Positions 13,544 to 26,380 of a stretch of 64,000 nt of DNA are shown in pieces. Each line of letters starts with the position of its first letter. The stretch's first letter is position 1. The notes beneath the pieces are model-generated. The model searched no databases. It was not told the DNA's origin and was given only the letters and a program-made list of their open reading frames with translations. The stretch comes from Marsupella aquatica (lineage: Eukaryota; Plantae; Marchantiophyta), in NCBI GenBank assembly GCA_973895155.1, contig OZ316891.1, positions 19,741,048 through 19,805,047 of the forward strand, read 5' to 3'. Both the position numbers and the translations under genes were made by a program.

Positions 13544-16108
13544 TTCAAACTAATGAGAAACCAAAAAAAATGAGAAACTAAAATAAACAAGAAACTATAA
13601 ATTTTAGCAATCAGTTTGCAAGTTACATTCAAATTCAGAAATTAGCACAAAAAACTATAAAAAAAAACCATGAGAAACAAGAAAATCCTAAGTGTAAATT
13701 GAAATACTCCGACCACAACACAGTAGTCACCCTGACCTTCATTCAAATGCTGGTAACCAAAAAACATGCCTAGGTAAAACTGTTGGGAGAAACAGGTCAT
13801 GCTGGAACTACTTCTTGCAGCTTCAAAGGATGAGTTCAATTGCAAATTGACTAGCTTCTTGATTTCAAAATGAATGAGTTGCCACTAATTTGAGGTGCTA
13901 AGAGTCTCTGATGTTTGCAGCAATCTAGGTTAAGTGGCAGCTTGGCATCCTTTGACATAGAGGCAGCTCAGATTTTTCATTTCTAAGAAGCAAAATAGCA
14001 ACCGCCCGTGCCCAAGACAGGAAGCCATACAATTGGGTGCCTTGCAAACTAGAATCAGGGACCCCCCTAAGAAAGCTTGTGAGAGTTCATTCTCTCTCTC
14101 CTTCATACAGTATAAAGCAATGCAGCGTCTAATAGGGGGTCTCAAACTTCAAGCTTGATGTACCTTATCTACTAGGTTAAGATTAATTACAGAATCCATA
14201 ACTTTATGCCAAAAGATGACCATAGGCCATGATGCTATGTATGCTAGTCGAAAAAACCTTTAAAAGAAACTCTTACACAACCCTGTGGTTATGGTAGTTT
14301 AATTCTTTGTGCCCAAAAGCCACCCACCCCTAACTATGAAGCCAGACTCTCTACTGTATGTACTATGAGCTGCCATAAAAATGACCATAGGCCATGATCC
14401 TATGTATGCTAGTCCAAAACCCCTTTAAACCACTACTTCAGGTATAAAAGGCACTTTTGTACTTTGTATGGTATTATACAAGTTCAGCAGAGGCACACAG
14501 TGAAGGCAAAAGGCAACGGGCGGAGATTAGGTCGGCCAAAAACAAATTTATTTATATTTATATTTGAAAAAACATTTATTCATTTTTGGAGTGAAATAAA
14601 CCAGCCGTAGATCTCATTGAGGTCGACCCTAAACCCTAAACCACACACACACACAGCCCAAAAGCCACCCACCTCTAGCTATGAAGCCAGACTCTCTATT
14701 GTAATCACTATGAGCGTCCGTTGTCAAGAAGTGGGTGGGAGTAGGAATACAATGGGTCTCTACAACACTTGGCATTTATTTATTTACAACTTCAGATCTT
14801 CCTTTCCTTAATTAAAGAACCTCCACTGGTGGGGATGTGTATATAAAATCAGCTCGTATTGTCTTCTAATCCCAAAGCGCCACCAGGGTTGAATATGCAC
14901 TCACTGGTCTGTCCCTTCCAACAAATGAGAATAAAATAATAGCCCTGGTTGATATTTTTCAGTATTTCTTTATTGCATTTTTGGCACTTGAAGCCTGGGG
15001 GGCACCAGCTGGCCTGTGAAGGCAAAGCAGCACCAAGTGAGGGCACAAGGCCACCTAGAAGAAAAACACAAGTGGTGGATCGGGGGTCATGGCATGGTGG
15101 AAACTAGATACACCGGCCTGGTGGAAACTAGGTACACCAAGGTCCAAGCCTTCAAACTACTCCAATCAAAACCAGAAAGGTAGAAGTTCACCGTTGCCAC
15201 AGCAACTTCCCAAAATCAGAGACTGGAAGTATCAATGGGGGCCCTTAGAAATATTCAACTTTCTGATTTGGAGGGCCTGAGGACTGGTGAAAAGGCCTTG
15301 ACCAAGGATACGTCAAACAAATACCTTGACCCAAGTAGACAAGTCTGACCACCATAGATGTCTCTAGATGTCACTCCATTTGTCCTCTGATGAAGTTTCA
15401 TACCATATACGATTAAGGGGACAGTAATCATAACTCTTAGGTCTAAGCATATCATATACCCTACAATTCACTCAACCACAGTTCTTGATCGCCATTGCTT
15501 GGTCAGCAAATTAAATCAGCTTCCTCCAAATACGGAATCCTAAATACAGAGTTTGACAGGGTCCATGTGTATTACTTATGCCCCTTAAATGACTCAGTCA
15601 AGTCTCAACATCAATCAAATTGCCAGTACCGGCAGACCAGAAGTCACTCAACTTTGTGTATACCTACTGTAGTCTCCCCTTTATCAGTTTTACCATCCAT
15701 AAGTTCCCTTCTATCTAGTGATTCATAAAATCCCCGCATGCATCATAGCAAATGTTCCAACCCCCATGACCTGAGGTAGCACTATTAGGACAGAAAATCA
15801 GGTTCTCCCTTACCTTCACCAAGCTGCCCTCTGTAAACCAGTTTGCCAAGGAACTAGGTGAACTAAGCTGCAGCATGTAACGATAGATTTTATAGCCAGG
15901 ACAAAAACACTATAATTTACCTAAATACATGTCCGACAAATATCGCACCTCCAAAAAGTTCCAACCATCAAACCTTGCTTATGGCTGTGTTGTGACATTC
16001 CCTACTTGCTTATGACTGTGTTGTGACACTCCCTACTGGGTGTGGAGCATATATCTGAAAGTGGCTGATGTGTAATTTGTAACACACCTCATACCCCTTT
16101 TTCTTCTT

Positions 16109-17090
16109 TAGCTTCTTACTAACCTGCCCGCCTAGCTACCCAAATTCACAATCCTGTCCCCAAAAGTTATTTATTTGTCAACCTGCCCCCCTTTTTGTAT
16201 ATGGGTTAGTAGTACCCAATACAGGGTTCCCGCTGCAAAGTGGCAAGGTTCACTGGCCAAAGGTTAACCAGGCGTGATACCGGCTCACCGCTCCCCCTTC
16301 CCCATAGCGGAGCTTTATGGGGCAGGCCTGAAACCAGCAAAAATGGGTCACTTTTGCCTGAAAGTCACCTCACTTAAATGCAACATTTTGCCCCTATTTA
16401 TACTCACAGAAATGCAGCAATCCTGCATTTTGTGGCTGAGTTTTGGTGACCAAACACTGTGCAAATGTTTACACATTTGTCCCACTGTGATCCGATACCA
16501 TCTTCAGCTTTGGCTTTCAACCTTTGTGCTGGCGGACTTCTCTTGAGCAAAGATGAAATTCACAATGGCAAGTCTATGATCATCTAACAGAGTAGTCGAC
16601 ACAAATACATATGTATGTAACCTCAGCTAAGGCTATATCCATGGAACACACACGAGATTTTACTGCACTCTAGGTCCATCAGCCATATTGAGTTTTTGCA
16701 ATACAAGTTCTTCTTATCTCGTAACTGGCTCTGTAGCAATAAGCCTAAGGTACTCCTGTCCAAGCAAACACTCATTGGGGATATAGTGTGCAACATGACT
16801 AACCTAACCAAGTATGCCACTAAGGAACTTAGCCCTTATTACGATTCCAATCATAATTCTAGACCTAAGAGTAAATGCTTAACACCTTTGTCCTGGGGAA
16901 GGGGAGGCGGTGAGTTGGGATCTTGCCTGGTTAACCTGCGACCACTTCCACCTTGCCACATAGCAGCGGGGACCCTGTACTGGGTCATTACTAACCCATG
17001 TATGAAGAGGGGGGCAGGTTGATAAATAAATTCATTTTGGGGACAGGATAGTGAATTCAGGCACTTAGGGGACAGGTTAGTAAAAAACTG
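16109..17090. mobile_element. Mutator-like non-autonomous element with long TIRs
   Basis: ~195-bp imperfect TIRs (16109-16305 / 16893-17090) and a 10-bp TSD TTTTCTTCTT (16099-16108 / 17091-17100). Confidence 0.82.
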
Positions 17091-17861
17091 TTTTCTTCTT
17101 TTCTTGGTACCTTATACTTTTGAGTACCCTTGCAAGAGTTTCAGCGTTGATTTTTATTTCAGACCTCTTTCTCCTAAATAATATTCTTCTCCATGGCAAT
17201 TTGGTGGAAAAGGTCATTTCCTCTCTATCTGGGCTTTCAGTGTCCAGGTCTGACTTATTTTTATTTCCCTTTGTTACAAAGATTCTTGTGCTGTAGAAGT
17301 TTCCAAGTCAACTTTAAAAATTGAAAACAAAACGTGCGTTTATTCTCTAAATGCAACTTCCAAATTTTAGAGATATTTGTCTGCAGTTGTAGCGATACAA
17401 TGAGGATAAGTGAAGCTTAAGTGAGGACCACTGTGTATGACTTGAGGGAATCTTACATGGTAGAATATCACTGGTCGATGGACCAAAATTCTTTGTGGAT
17501 AATACGTATTCAAGAAGTTTTGAAGTGTTCATAGCTTTGAGGGCATCCCTTGAAGGCAGAGAGGGGTAAAACTGAAAAAGGAGGGCTTTAGAAAATAGTT
17601 AAATGATTGGGTAGACTTATTTTAGACAAGAAAGAACCAAAGGCAACTTCATTGCAAGCTACAGTCTATTGCAATGGTGTCGCCATCTCTTGTCCCGCAC
17701 ACCATCTCACAGAACTTGACTCATGATGGGAACGACTTGGGCAAACTTGCTGTTGAAGGCATGTCTAAAGGTCCTTTATCGGACCAGGCTGTCTTACACC
17801 TGGACAAGGTCTAATTGCAAGGTACGTTACGTACCTGCATTTCATTCACTTTTCTTATTTA

Positions 17862-18205
17862 CAATTTCTTATTGTCTTGTCCCCCAATCTGGTCAAAATT
17901 ACTAATCTGCCCCAGCTATTAATCTAACTATCAGGTTGCCTTAACGGGACTAGAGTAACCCAAGATGACACATAATTGGTCTGAGGGGTTCGTAGAGGGC
18001 TAGCTCAGGCAAATCACAAGCCTCCATATGACCACATACCAATCAGGTGCCATCTTGGGTTACTCTTGTCAACTTAAGCCAACCCCTGTATGAAATGGGT
18101 GGGTGGGTTGGGGGGGGGGGGGGAGACAGCCTGATAATAAAGATTAGTTTGGGGGGAAGATTAGTAATTCCCACCAGCTTGGGTGATCGGATAGTAAAGA
18201 AACGG
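17862..18205. mobile_element. Foldback MITE, related termini
   Basis: Inverted arms attactaatc..tatcagg and agagtaacccaagatg / catcttgggttactct. TSD degenerate. Confidence 0.65.
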
Positions 18206-20250
18206 CTCTCATTAATTCTATTATCTTCCTGTCTTTACAATTCCCATTGTTATTTCTATTGTTGATGAAGTCCCAACTTGAATTGTGCTTGGAGGAGGGG
18301 AAACATAGGTAAAATGGATACATTTTGCACTTTTGGGGTCCTGGTAAGTCTTTCCCCTGGTTGAAAAGGTCATGTTGAAACATGCCGCCGTTCTCAGAAT
18401 TCTACTTTACATTTTAATTAAATGGCATACGAGAGTGTTACATGCTGTAAGTATCTCAATAGCACTAGCCTGTGGTCCAACTAAGTTTTGGCGTTGAGTG
18501 CCACTCCTGAGCTTTACAATATTTTTCCTTTGACAGGAAAAAGTCTCACACTCCATGGAATTTGATCACGTGTTACATCGAATGTAAGGCAATAGTGTGC
18601 CAATTTCTATGATTTCGACACTGGGTAGCAGTGAATTTAATCCAAAGATACTTTTCCCTGTCGATACCAAATGAGGACATTTGGAAATCAGGTGAGAATA
18701 TGCCACAAGTATGACCACAGGTGCTTCTGGAATTGTTGGAAACAAACAAACAAATCCTTTGACTTGGGGTTGCCTTATTGATGTAAAGTTTCTCACGACT
18801 CTTTACAAAATTGCTTTACAGGTCTTAGAATTCAAAACTCTGATGAGGAAAGTTTTAAATATCTCTTGGCAGTCAGGGTAGTCAGGAGGTGCGATCAAAG
18901 GTTGGAGTCAGACAAGTAAGCTTTGAGTGACCTACCAATGTTGGGTGACACCATGCAACAATGCAAATCACCTCCCTTTTGTGCAGCATTTTGCAAATCT
19001 TTTCTAGATCTGCAGGGATACTGGCAGGGACACATCAAGGCTAGCAGAAATGCCGAGAGGAAATTTGCTATTTGCGATATTTTCTTGCATAGTTACCTTT
19101 CGCATAAGGATAGCGCAAATACTCAAAACACATATAGGATCAATTTAGATTTTGAGAGAAAATAGATTTCAACTTGGCCTTGTGCAATATCATCAAGCAC
19201 TACAGCACTGCATAACTTTTGTATATCGGCCTGACTGGATGCTACTCATTTGACACCTAACTAGTACAGCGTGAAGACAAGCTAGTAGGGCATCACCTTT
19301 TCAGGGGCACAAATTTAAGGACCAGGTAGTCGAGTTGTTTGGATTACATACCCCCACCACAAGCTAGAACAGCATATCTGTGGAAAGTGAAAGTCAAGAA
19401 TTTCTCGATCCAAGATGAGATGGGCATAAAATCCAGGCATTAACAGATAATGAGAGCACCTTTCTAGGTGCGGTTCATGAGAGTCTAGGGCACAAGTCCT
19501 GACATATGTTACCTTAGCTTGCTGTTCTGCTCATTTTGCCCCTGTCCTGATCCCCCTCCTGTGGTTACGCCCCAAAATCTGCTCTGGCTTGACCATAATT
19601 GATCGTCCAGATTAGTACAGCCGACGTTGGGCCCCTCTCCATAGGGAATCCCTCAATATAATCAAGGCCAGACCTTACTCCCCTTAAAAGCGGACATTTT
19701 ACAATTTGTTTCCTTACCTCTTAATAAGGAATTTCTGCCCCTAATACAACTCTATATAAGCAAATTGGACTTAATTTTGCTCATGTTGATATGAGCAAAG
19801 TTGAACTAGGGTTTCTTGTATGGATCATCCAATATAGCCAAACCAAAAATTGCTTACAAAGGGGTACACAATATTATCAGTTAACAGCCTCGCTGTTCTT
19901 AAATTTTGTGAATCTCAGCCGAGTAGCTAAGATGGGGCCTTTGCTCTTAAATTTTGTGAGTCTCAGCTGAGTAGCTAAGAGATGGCCTTTTCACATCTCA
20001 GCTAGGCAGCTGATATTGGCACAATCTTGGCTGACCTTGCCGAGATAGGCATACGGACCCCAAAAAACCAAAACAATTGGGAAAGATATTGGAAAAATCT
20101 TTTGGGCAAAATTTGACGTCCATAGTGTATGGATACAGCCCATCTCATCCTGTCCGTATGGTATGGATGCCCCTTAGTGAAAAAAATTGAAAAAATATTG
20201 TCCCCCTCAAACTTATTTTCTTGAGAGTTTCTCTGAGATGATGTGGCAAC

Positions 20251-20580
20251 CTCGGGGGGGGGGGTCATTTCCACCGAAGTGGCACATCACGTGCAACAAA
20301 GTATAGGCCCATTTAAATAGGTGTGGCGGAAGACTTCCAAAGTTTGGTGGAAGAACACATAGGACATGTTTTATTGACTAATAACACATAGGCCTATTTA
20401 ATTATAAAAAATACTTTCTTTAAAGTTTTTAGGGGTTACTTAGTAAAAAATGACAAAATTTAAAGAAAGAAAGGGATTTGCAAACAAAAAAAAATTCACT
20501 TATAAGTTAAGGGGGTCAAACCCTAAAATGTCACCCACGATGTATGGCCCTCCATGTAGTGACCCCCCCCCCCCCCCGAG
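20251..20580. mobile_element. hAT-type MITE
   Basis: TIRs CTC(G)nTCA / TGA(C)nGAG and a perfect 8-bp TSD GTGGCAAC (20243-20250 / 20581-20588). Confidence 0.82.
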
Positions 20581-20681
20581 GTGGCAACTAATATTAGATT
20601 TACTGATGGACTTGACTGATAATTGATAAGATTAATTTACTTGCTTACAAGGAATGGGAGTGTTGAAAATCCATAAGACAA

Positions 20682-21003
20682 CCAATTGGCTTAGGTCAAT
20701 TGGCTAGGGGATTTGCCTGGAACTGAGAGGTCCCAGGTTCAATCCCCCCTCCATACACTGGGGTGTGGAGGGTATATGTGTGTGGGTGGGATGGGTTTTG
20801 TGGGTAGTGGATTGGAGTTCTGATTATCTGCTCGGCCCCTGGTCGTCCACTTTGTGGCCCTGATTTAATCCTCTCTCCTTCCTGGTGTCCCTGTCGGATC
20901 CGTTGGGGCTCACCCTGGTCTGGGTTCCCTACAGAAAAACTGTCACATTGGGATGGGGGGAGTCTAATTGTATTTCCTCCCCATTTCCATTCAAGACAAA
21001 AAA
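20682..21003 (+). mobile_element. tRNA-derived SINE
   Basis: A-box-like TGGCTTAGGTCAATTGG and B-box GGTTCAATCC at the 5' end, a poly(A) end, and a 16-bp TSD AAAATCCATAAGACAA (20666-20681 / 21004-21019). Confidence 0.88.
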
Positions 21004-21808
21004 AAAATCCATAAGACAAGTTTATACAAAGGAATTGATTTATCATATGGTCATTGATGAATGATGTTTCTTATCTGAGAAACATTTTGTCATGAGGCTT
21101 AGTTTGCAAGTGATTGGAATCTTGCAAGTATTGCCATTGTAAGTTTTTGTGTCTCACACCATTCTAGGTAGTATTAGAGTATATCGTGCCCTCCAGGTTT
21201 ATATGTTTTGTATGTGTGCTATATGAGCCGATAGGGTACAGTTCACATTTGTGAGGGATAGCTATCCCTTTGTTGTGGCTCAAAGGCTCAACATGAAAAC
21301 TGTGCATTTTGGACATGTGTGGACATGAGTTCTATTTGTATTTCATTCTCTTGTGTTTGTGTTATTGGTTTGTGCTTATGTTTGGATGTGTGTGACAAGC
21401 GATGTATCTTGTGTAGCGATGTGTATGCGCATGACATGTGTCTACTTCGGGGTCTACTTAGAAGCTCTTCTTGTGCACCTCCAAAATTGCAACATTCAAA
21501 GTCATGTCCCAAGGATTTCTCAAGGATATCCAGCCGCCACCCAAAACCCTCCATAAAAGAAATTTTTTGTTAAGTTGCCTTTTAGTGGTATAAGCAATCT
21601 CGGGGTGAGGAGAGTATAAACAAACCCTGAAGATAGTTTTTTTCACGACAAGGATTGATCTGGACTGTCTTTTATGTCCCAACCGACCCCCTTATCATAT
21701 AAGATAAGTCAACACTCTGTATAAGAAATCTGTTGACCTAGTCCAAAATATATGGTTAGAAGGACTATACTACAGACTTGTGAAAGTTGTATTTTACTTG
21801 CTTCCAGA

Positions 21809-23378
21809 TTAGAATATACACATACTTTATACAGAAAAAGGCCAAATAGAGTACAAAAGAATAAACAAGAGAGGTCCCAAGTGGACAAAACCAAACGCAA
21901 AAGAAGTGAGCAAAAGGAAACCCTAAAAACCAAGAAAGAGGAACTAAAAGAAGTGAGCAAAAGGAAACCCCTAAAAACCAAGAAAGAGGAACTAAAACTA
22001 CCGCAAATGGACCGAGGTCCTCATCATACCTAGCAAATGTGGCAACAAGTTAGTGGTCTACATCAAGTGTCGAAACTAGATCGGCAAGTGGGACAGGAAT
22101 GTCCTCTAGGGGGGCTAGCCGCTGCGGAGTCACACTAGCACCCACTGTCAGAGATCGACGATAGACGGCCCGAGCTTGAGCACGCTGTAAGGTGATTGAA
22201 ATGCGTTGGCGAAAGTGCGTGGTCAAAACAGATAGCGGGGGCCCGGTGGGACCCATCCGGCCGTGAACATCCCGAGCAGCTTGGCGAAGAAGCCCGTCGA
22301 ACTGATGATGGAGACGCCCAAATATCTCAAGAGCAAGGGGCAGGAAGCTATCAGATGAAGCTCGTGCAGCATATTTGGCCTCCTTCGTTGTTGCTGCTCG
22401 TGATGCTGCTGCCCCTGCCGTTGTTGCCGTTGTCCCAATGATGTCTTGGCGCAATGGGTTTGCCACCACTACATCTGCCAAAGTACGGTGACCGTCACAG
22501 ACCATGGTAAGATCCACCCGTAACCGCTGTGATGGAGGACCAGGTAACTCGAGCACCACCTCCCGCCGCGCGCAGACCAAAGAGCCAGAGAGAACCTGAG
22601 CAGTCGCATCTCTCACAGCGTCATGAACAAAAATGGTTTCGCCGCCCAAACTGCATCGAAGAAGATGGACACCTGTGGCATCACATGGCTTCCCACAAGT
22701 GCAAGTAGGAGGTAAACCAGCAAGAAGTGGGTGGGGCAAGCCCATACGAAGATGCATGGCTGTCGCAAACTCCGCTGAAGACATCCGCAGGTGAGGAATG
22801 ACTGGATTGGCCTGAAGCCAGCCTCCTGCGCCCTTCCCTCTGGAAGAAAGAATCCGAGCTCGGTCCGTGTCAGGTGCCTCGGTGAGGATGCTGGAAAGGG
22901 TGAAAGCGTGCATACGCCCAACAAGGTCTGCCTGAAGACGGACGGGGTCCAAGGATAAAAACTCCTGGAATGAAGGTAACGCAGCTCGAACAGGATCGGG
23001 TAATGATGACCGCGCCGTGCGCAAATGAACCTGACATGGGAGGGAACCCTCCTCGACCTCCATGAGAGATGAAAGTAAAAAAGGTCGATCCTCAGTAAGG
23101 AAACGATCAGCCAACAATGAGAAGGCGGCCGCCCACGCGCCCAAGAAGGCCAAAGGTGCAAGGCGCTCAGTGGAAGTAAGCCCAAAACCACCGTGAGAAA
23201 TAGGAAGACTGAGCTGTCGATGAAGCCACGGAGATGAGAGTAAAGTACCTGGCCCTAAAAGAGAGGCCAAAGTCTCACGAATGGAGACATCAAACGCTCG
23301 GAGGTGTAGATAAAGATCCTCGGTAGGGGGATGTGTCCGAGCCAAATAGGACGCACGAGGGTGGATGCATCTCAACAA
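21809..23378 (-). mobile_element. 5'-truncated CRE-like copy (copy A) with an uninterrupted 442-aa C-terminal ORF
   Basis: ORF 22050-23378 is highly similar to the C-terminal half of copy C (CCHC plus RLE). The 3' UTR at 21809-22049 has an internal ~49-bp duplication. No convincing TSD. Confidence 0.9.
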
Positions 23379-25360
23379 TTGCAGGCAGTCATTTCAATTG
23401 TTCCCAGCAAAGAGTCTTCACAGGCTATTAATTCACATAATCTGGTTACACCTAGCCCAAATTATTTCCCGTAATCTGGCTATACCTAGCCCAAATAGCT
23501 CACTGCCACTTTAAACATATACCACCAAACCCTAAACCCTGATTCCGCTCCTAACATCAGCGTGTGTTGAGGTGATTTGGGATCCTTTGGGTGGTATTTA
23601 GTCTTGTGTGCTCTGGCCCCTTGGGGTTGTTGTTCTTTGTGCACCGCTAGTCTTTGCCACAGTGACCTCTTGAATAAACCAGTGCCTCATCACCCTTTTC
23701 TTGACAAGTCAAAAGCAAACAAACAGATACCACCATTTTCCTGGGCATTTTGCAGCTATTGCCTCATAAATTGTGTCTGGAATTTTTTTTCATCCCCATA
23801 CTCGCCAAACTGCCCACATACCCACCTTTTCTTGCAGGTCAGATTTTGGCGTGGCAGCCATAATGCTTTTAGTTATTTATTATTTGTGCCAACCTGATTA
23901 TCACTAAGATAGTGGCACCCAAGTACGTATCCATGCCATTTTGCAGCCAGCCACTATTATTTTAGGGAACGCATGGTTGAGATCGATGTGGACATGCAAA
24001 CGCTCAAGACTGCGTCAATTCCATTGATACTTAGCTAAAGGCTTATTATTTTTTTAAAATTTAATTTTTTTTAGCTAAAGGCTTTCAAAAGTGACTATGA
24101 TGCTTTTCACGTTGTGATCTTCTATCTACAGCCACATAACTATGGTCCCATCCTGACCTGGTGCCAAAAAAGCACCGGATTCATGACACTTTTCATGTGC
24201 CCCAAGTCAACGGCTCTCCTCCTCCTGATAATTCAGGTGATGAGTGATGACAGAATGACAATGCCACAATGGTGGATGGCTGCGTTCCGAATCTACTCTA
24301 GACGATGAAATGTCCAGACCCAATTTGATCCATTGGTGACGTGCATGGGTCCTGATTAATGATGCACAGACAAAAGTGTAGAATATAGAGGATGAAAAGG
24401 CGAAGCATGGAGCAACTAGTGTCCAGCATACTTTTTCTCAATGTGTATCATGGATTAATGGACCACTTCTGTGGAAGGGAAGGGAGGAGGGAGATTGACA
24501 AAATGGGACACAATTAATTAATTATTTTAATTAGAAGAGTGCATACCCTATATATAGAAATAGTTAGAGGAACTGGGGTTTCTGCCACTATTCCTACCCT
24601 AGAACAGTTTGACATTGCCCCAAACTTGGGGGATTCTACTCATACTTGGGGCTCAAGAACTGGTGGACTCCAAAGGTCATGTGAGAGTTTTGCACTCCAG
24701 ACCAGGTGGTTCCCAGACAGTAGTTCAAACCAGCAGGATACTACTCAAGATATTATTTGATTTTCTTGGGGTTCTGGTCTTTGGCATCCTGTCTCCTGTT
24801 TTGTTCTTTGGCAGCTTGATATAATTTGAACCCGCTAGCAAGAACCTGGATTCCCACTGGAACCCAAGGACAAACACTAAGTGTACTGAGGGCGGACAAA
24901 AGGGTTAGGGTGAAAATTTACAGAGTAACCTTGAAGTTAACCCAATAACGTTTTGGTTAGAAGGCTTTCTTCAGTATGGTCCATACAGCAGCCTCTATTC
25001 ACCCCGACTAAAGGACCTTGCTACCATGTTTACCCTGTATCAGGTTGTGTAATACACCCTCTCACACTTCCAAGTCGTGATAGTGTAAACTTCCTATGTC
25101 CATTTGAGTAGGAGAGTTAAAAGTTTGTGTTCATCTAAGCTTCCAGCTCTCCCTTTTAGATCTTTCTATATGATGGCCGCTCTTGGTTCCCCATCCACAG
25201 GGTTGCCGTCCCAAAATAACTGTAAAAAACATATGAAAAATACCATGAATATAATGGAAAGTCTAACTTTTTGAGGAATGGGAAGTTAAGCTAGGGCAAT
25301 TCAAGGGAGTGAGATCACTATTGACGGAGACAACTGAGTTCAATATCATACAGAGTACTA

Positions 25361-26380
25361 CTATCTTCCCCCAAACATAGCGCCTGGGCATTGTGTTCGA
25401 ATATGGTCAAAACAGAGACTTTAGGCAAAAAAAAACGTTATCACTCAAACACAACGCCATATTAACACAGCGCCAGGACGTTGTGTTCAAAATTCATTTG
25501 ACTTTGTGTTCAAAAATGTGCACAAGTGACTATTAGGAGAAAGGTAACCAGGTTGCAACTACAGTACGTTACTTAAAATCGTCCAACACATACGCTCTTT
25601 CAACTTACAAAATGGTTACAAAATCCATCATCCTTTGAGAAATGTAAGCTAATTTCAAAATCCTTCATTCTCGGAGAAGTGTGTGCTGTTTCCAAAATAT
25701 TAAGCAGCAATCCGGAAGTATCGATATATTCTTCTGTTGTTTGAACTTTCAACGGACTTTCACATCAACCTCTGACTGACGCCACGGCGTCTTGTCAAAG
25801 AAACCCATAGTGCCTACGTGCATAATTAGGTCTGATGACTCACTTTCTCTATTTCCAATTTTCCATTGTCCTCAAGATCGAGGCACTCCAATAGAAACAA
25901 AGCAATCTCACGAACATTCCAGACTGCATGAAGAAAGAGTAAATAATACAAATGAGCAAATTGGCCACAGTAAACTAAACAACTGTGAAAAGTGGATAAA
26001 TATGTTTTACTAAGTGATAATAGTACATTTGTTGTATGTATGGTTTGTCACGTTTGGTTTCCTATTGCAAATTTGATTTCTCCCCTTGTGTAGACAGTTC
26101 CAGTGGTTCAATTATTTTGCTACACATCCTTTGACCTGAGCAAATATTGTTGGGAAGTCAAAAAACCTAAACTTGAACACACTCCTCTCTAATACACATA
26201 ACTTCTATGCCTATCATTCCTACTTACACCCTACGTGCATCTCACAATGCCAAAATTCAAGCACATTACCTTAAATTTGAACACGTCACATTTCGAACAC
26301 ATCGCCACAAGTCCAAAAAATGAAAACATTGACTTCAAACTCAAACACAACGCCCGGGCCTTGTATTCGGGGGAAGACAA
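25361..26380. mobile_element. Tc1/mariner-type non-autonomous element
   Basis: ~40-bp TIRs (ctatcttcccccaaacatagcgcctgggcattgtgttcga vs tcaaacacaacgcccgggccttgtattcgggggaagacaa), flanked by TA on both sides. The TIR motif is repeated internally at about 25445-25490. Confidence 0.7.

Larger units (their letters stand above)
9983..19470 (+). pseudogene. Possible decayed multi-exon gene, product unknown
   Basis: TATA-like ttataaaag at about 9912 and an ATG at 9983 (MASSRQSKRAPRKRGPG) with an early stop. Exon-like blocks at about 17387-17821 and 18537-18691 are AG/GT-bounded; a block at about 18822-19470 starts after an AG. All have long frames broken by stops. Confidence 0.3.

Noticed and set aside
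14627-14640. Telomere-like CCCTAAA dimers (also about 249, 23528, 38341) as targets of the CRE-like elements
   Set aside because: Only about 2 units each, and none lies at an element junction.
21797-23390. TSD for copy A (TTGCTTCCAG vs TTGCAGGCAG)
   Set aside because: Only 7/10 identity around a young copy; not convincing.
24100-25050. Possible solo LTR (TATATA box and LTR-like composition)
   Set aside because: Could not define termini or a TSD by eye.
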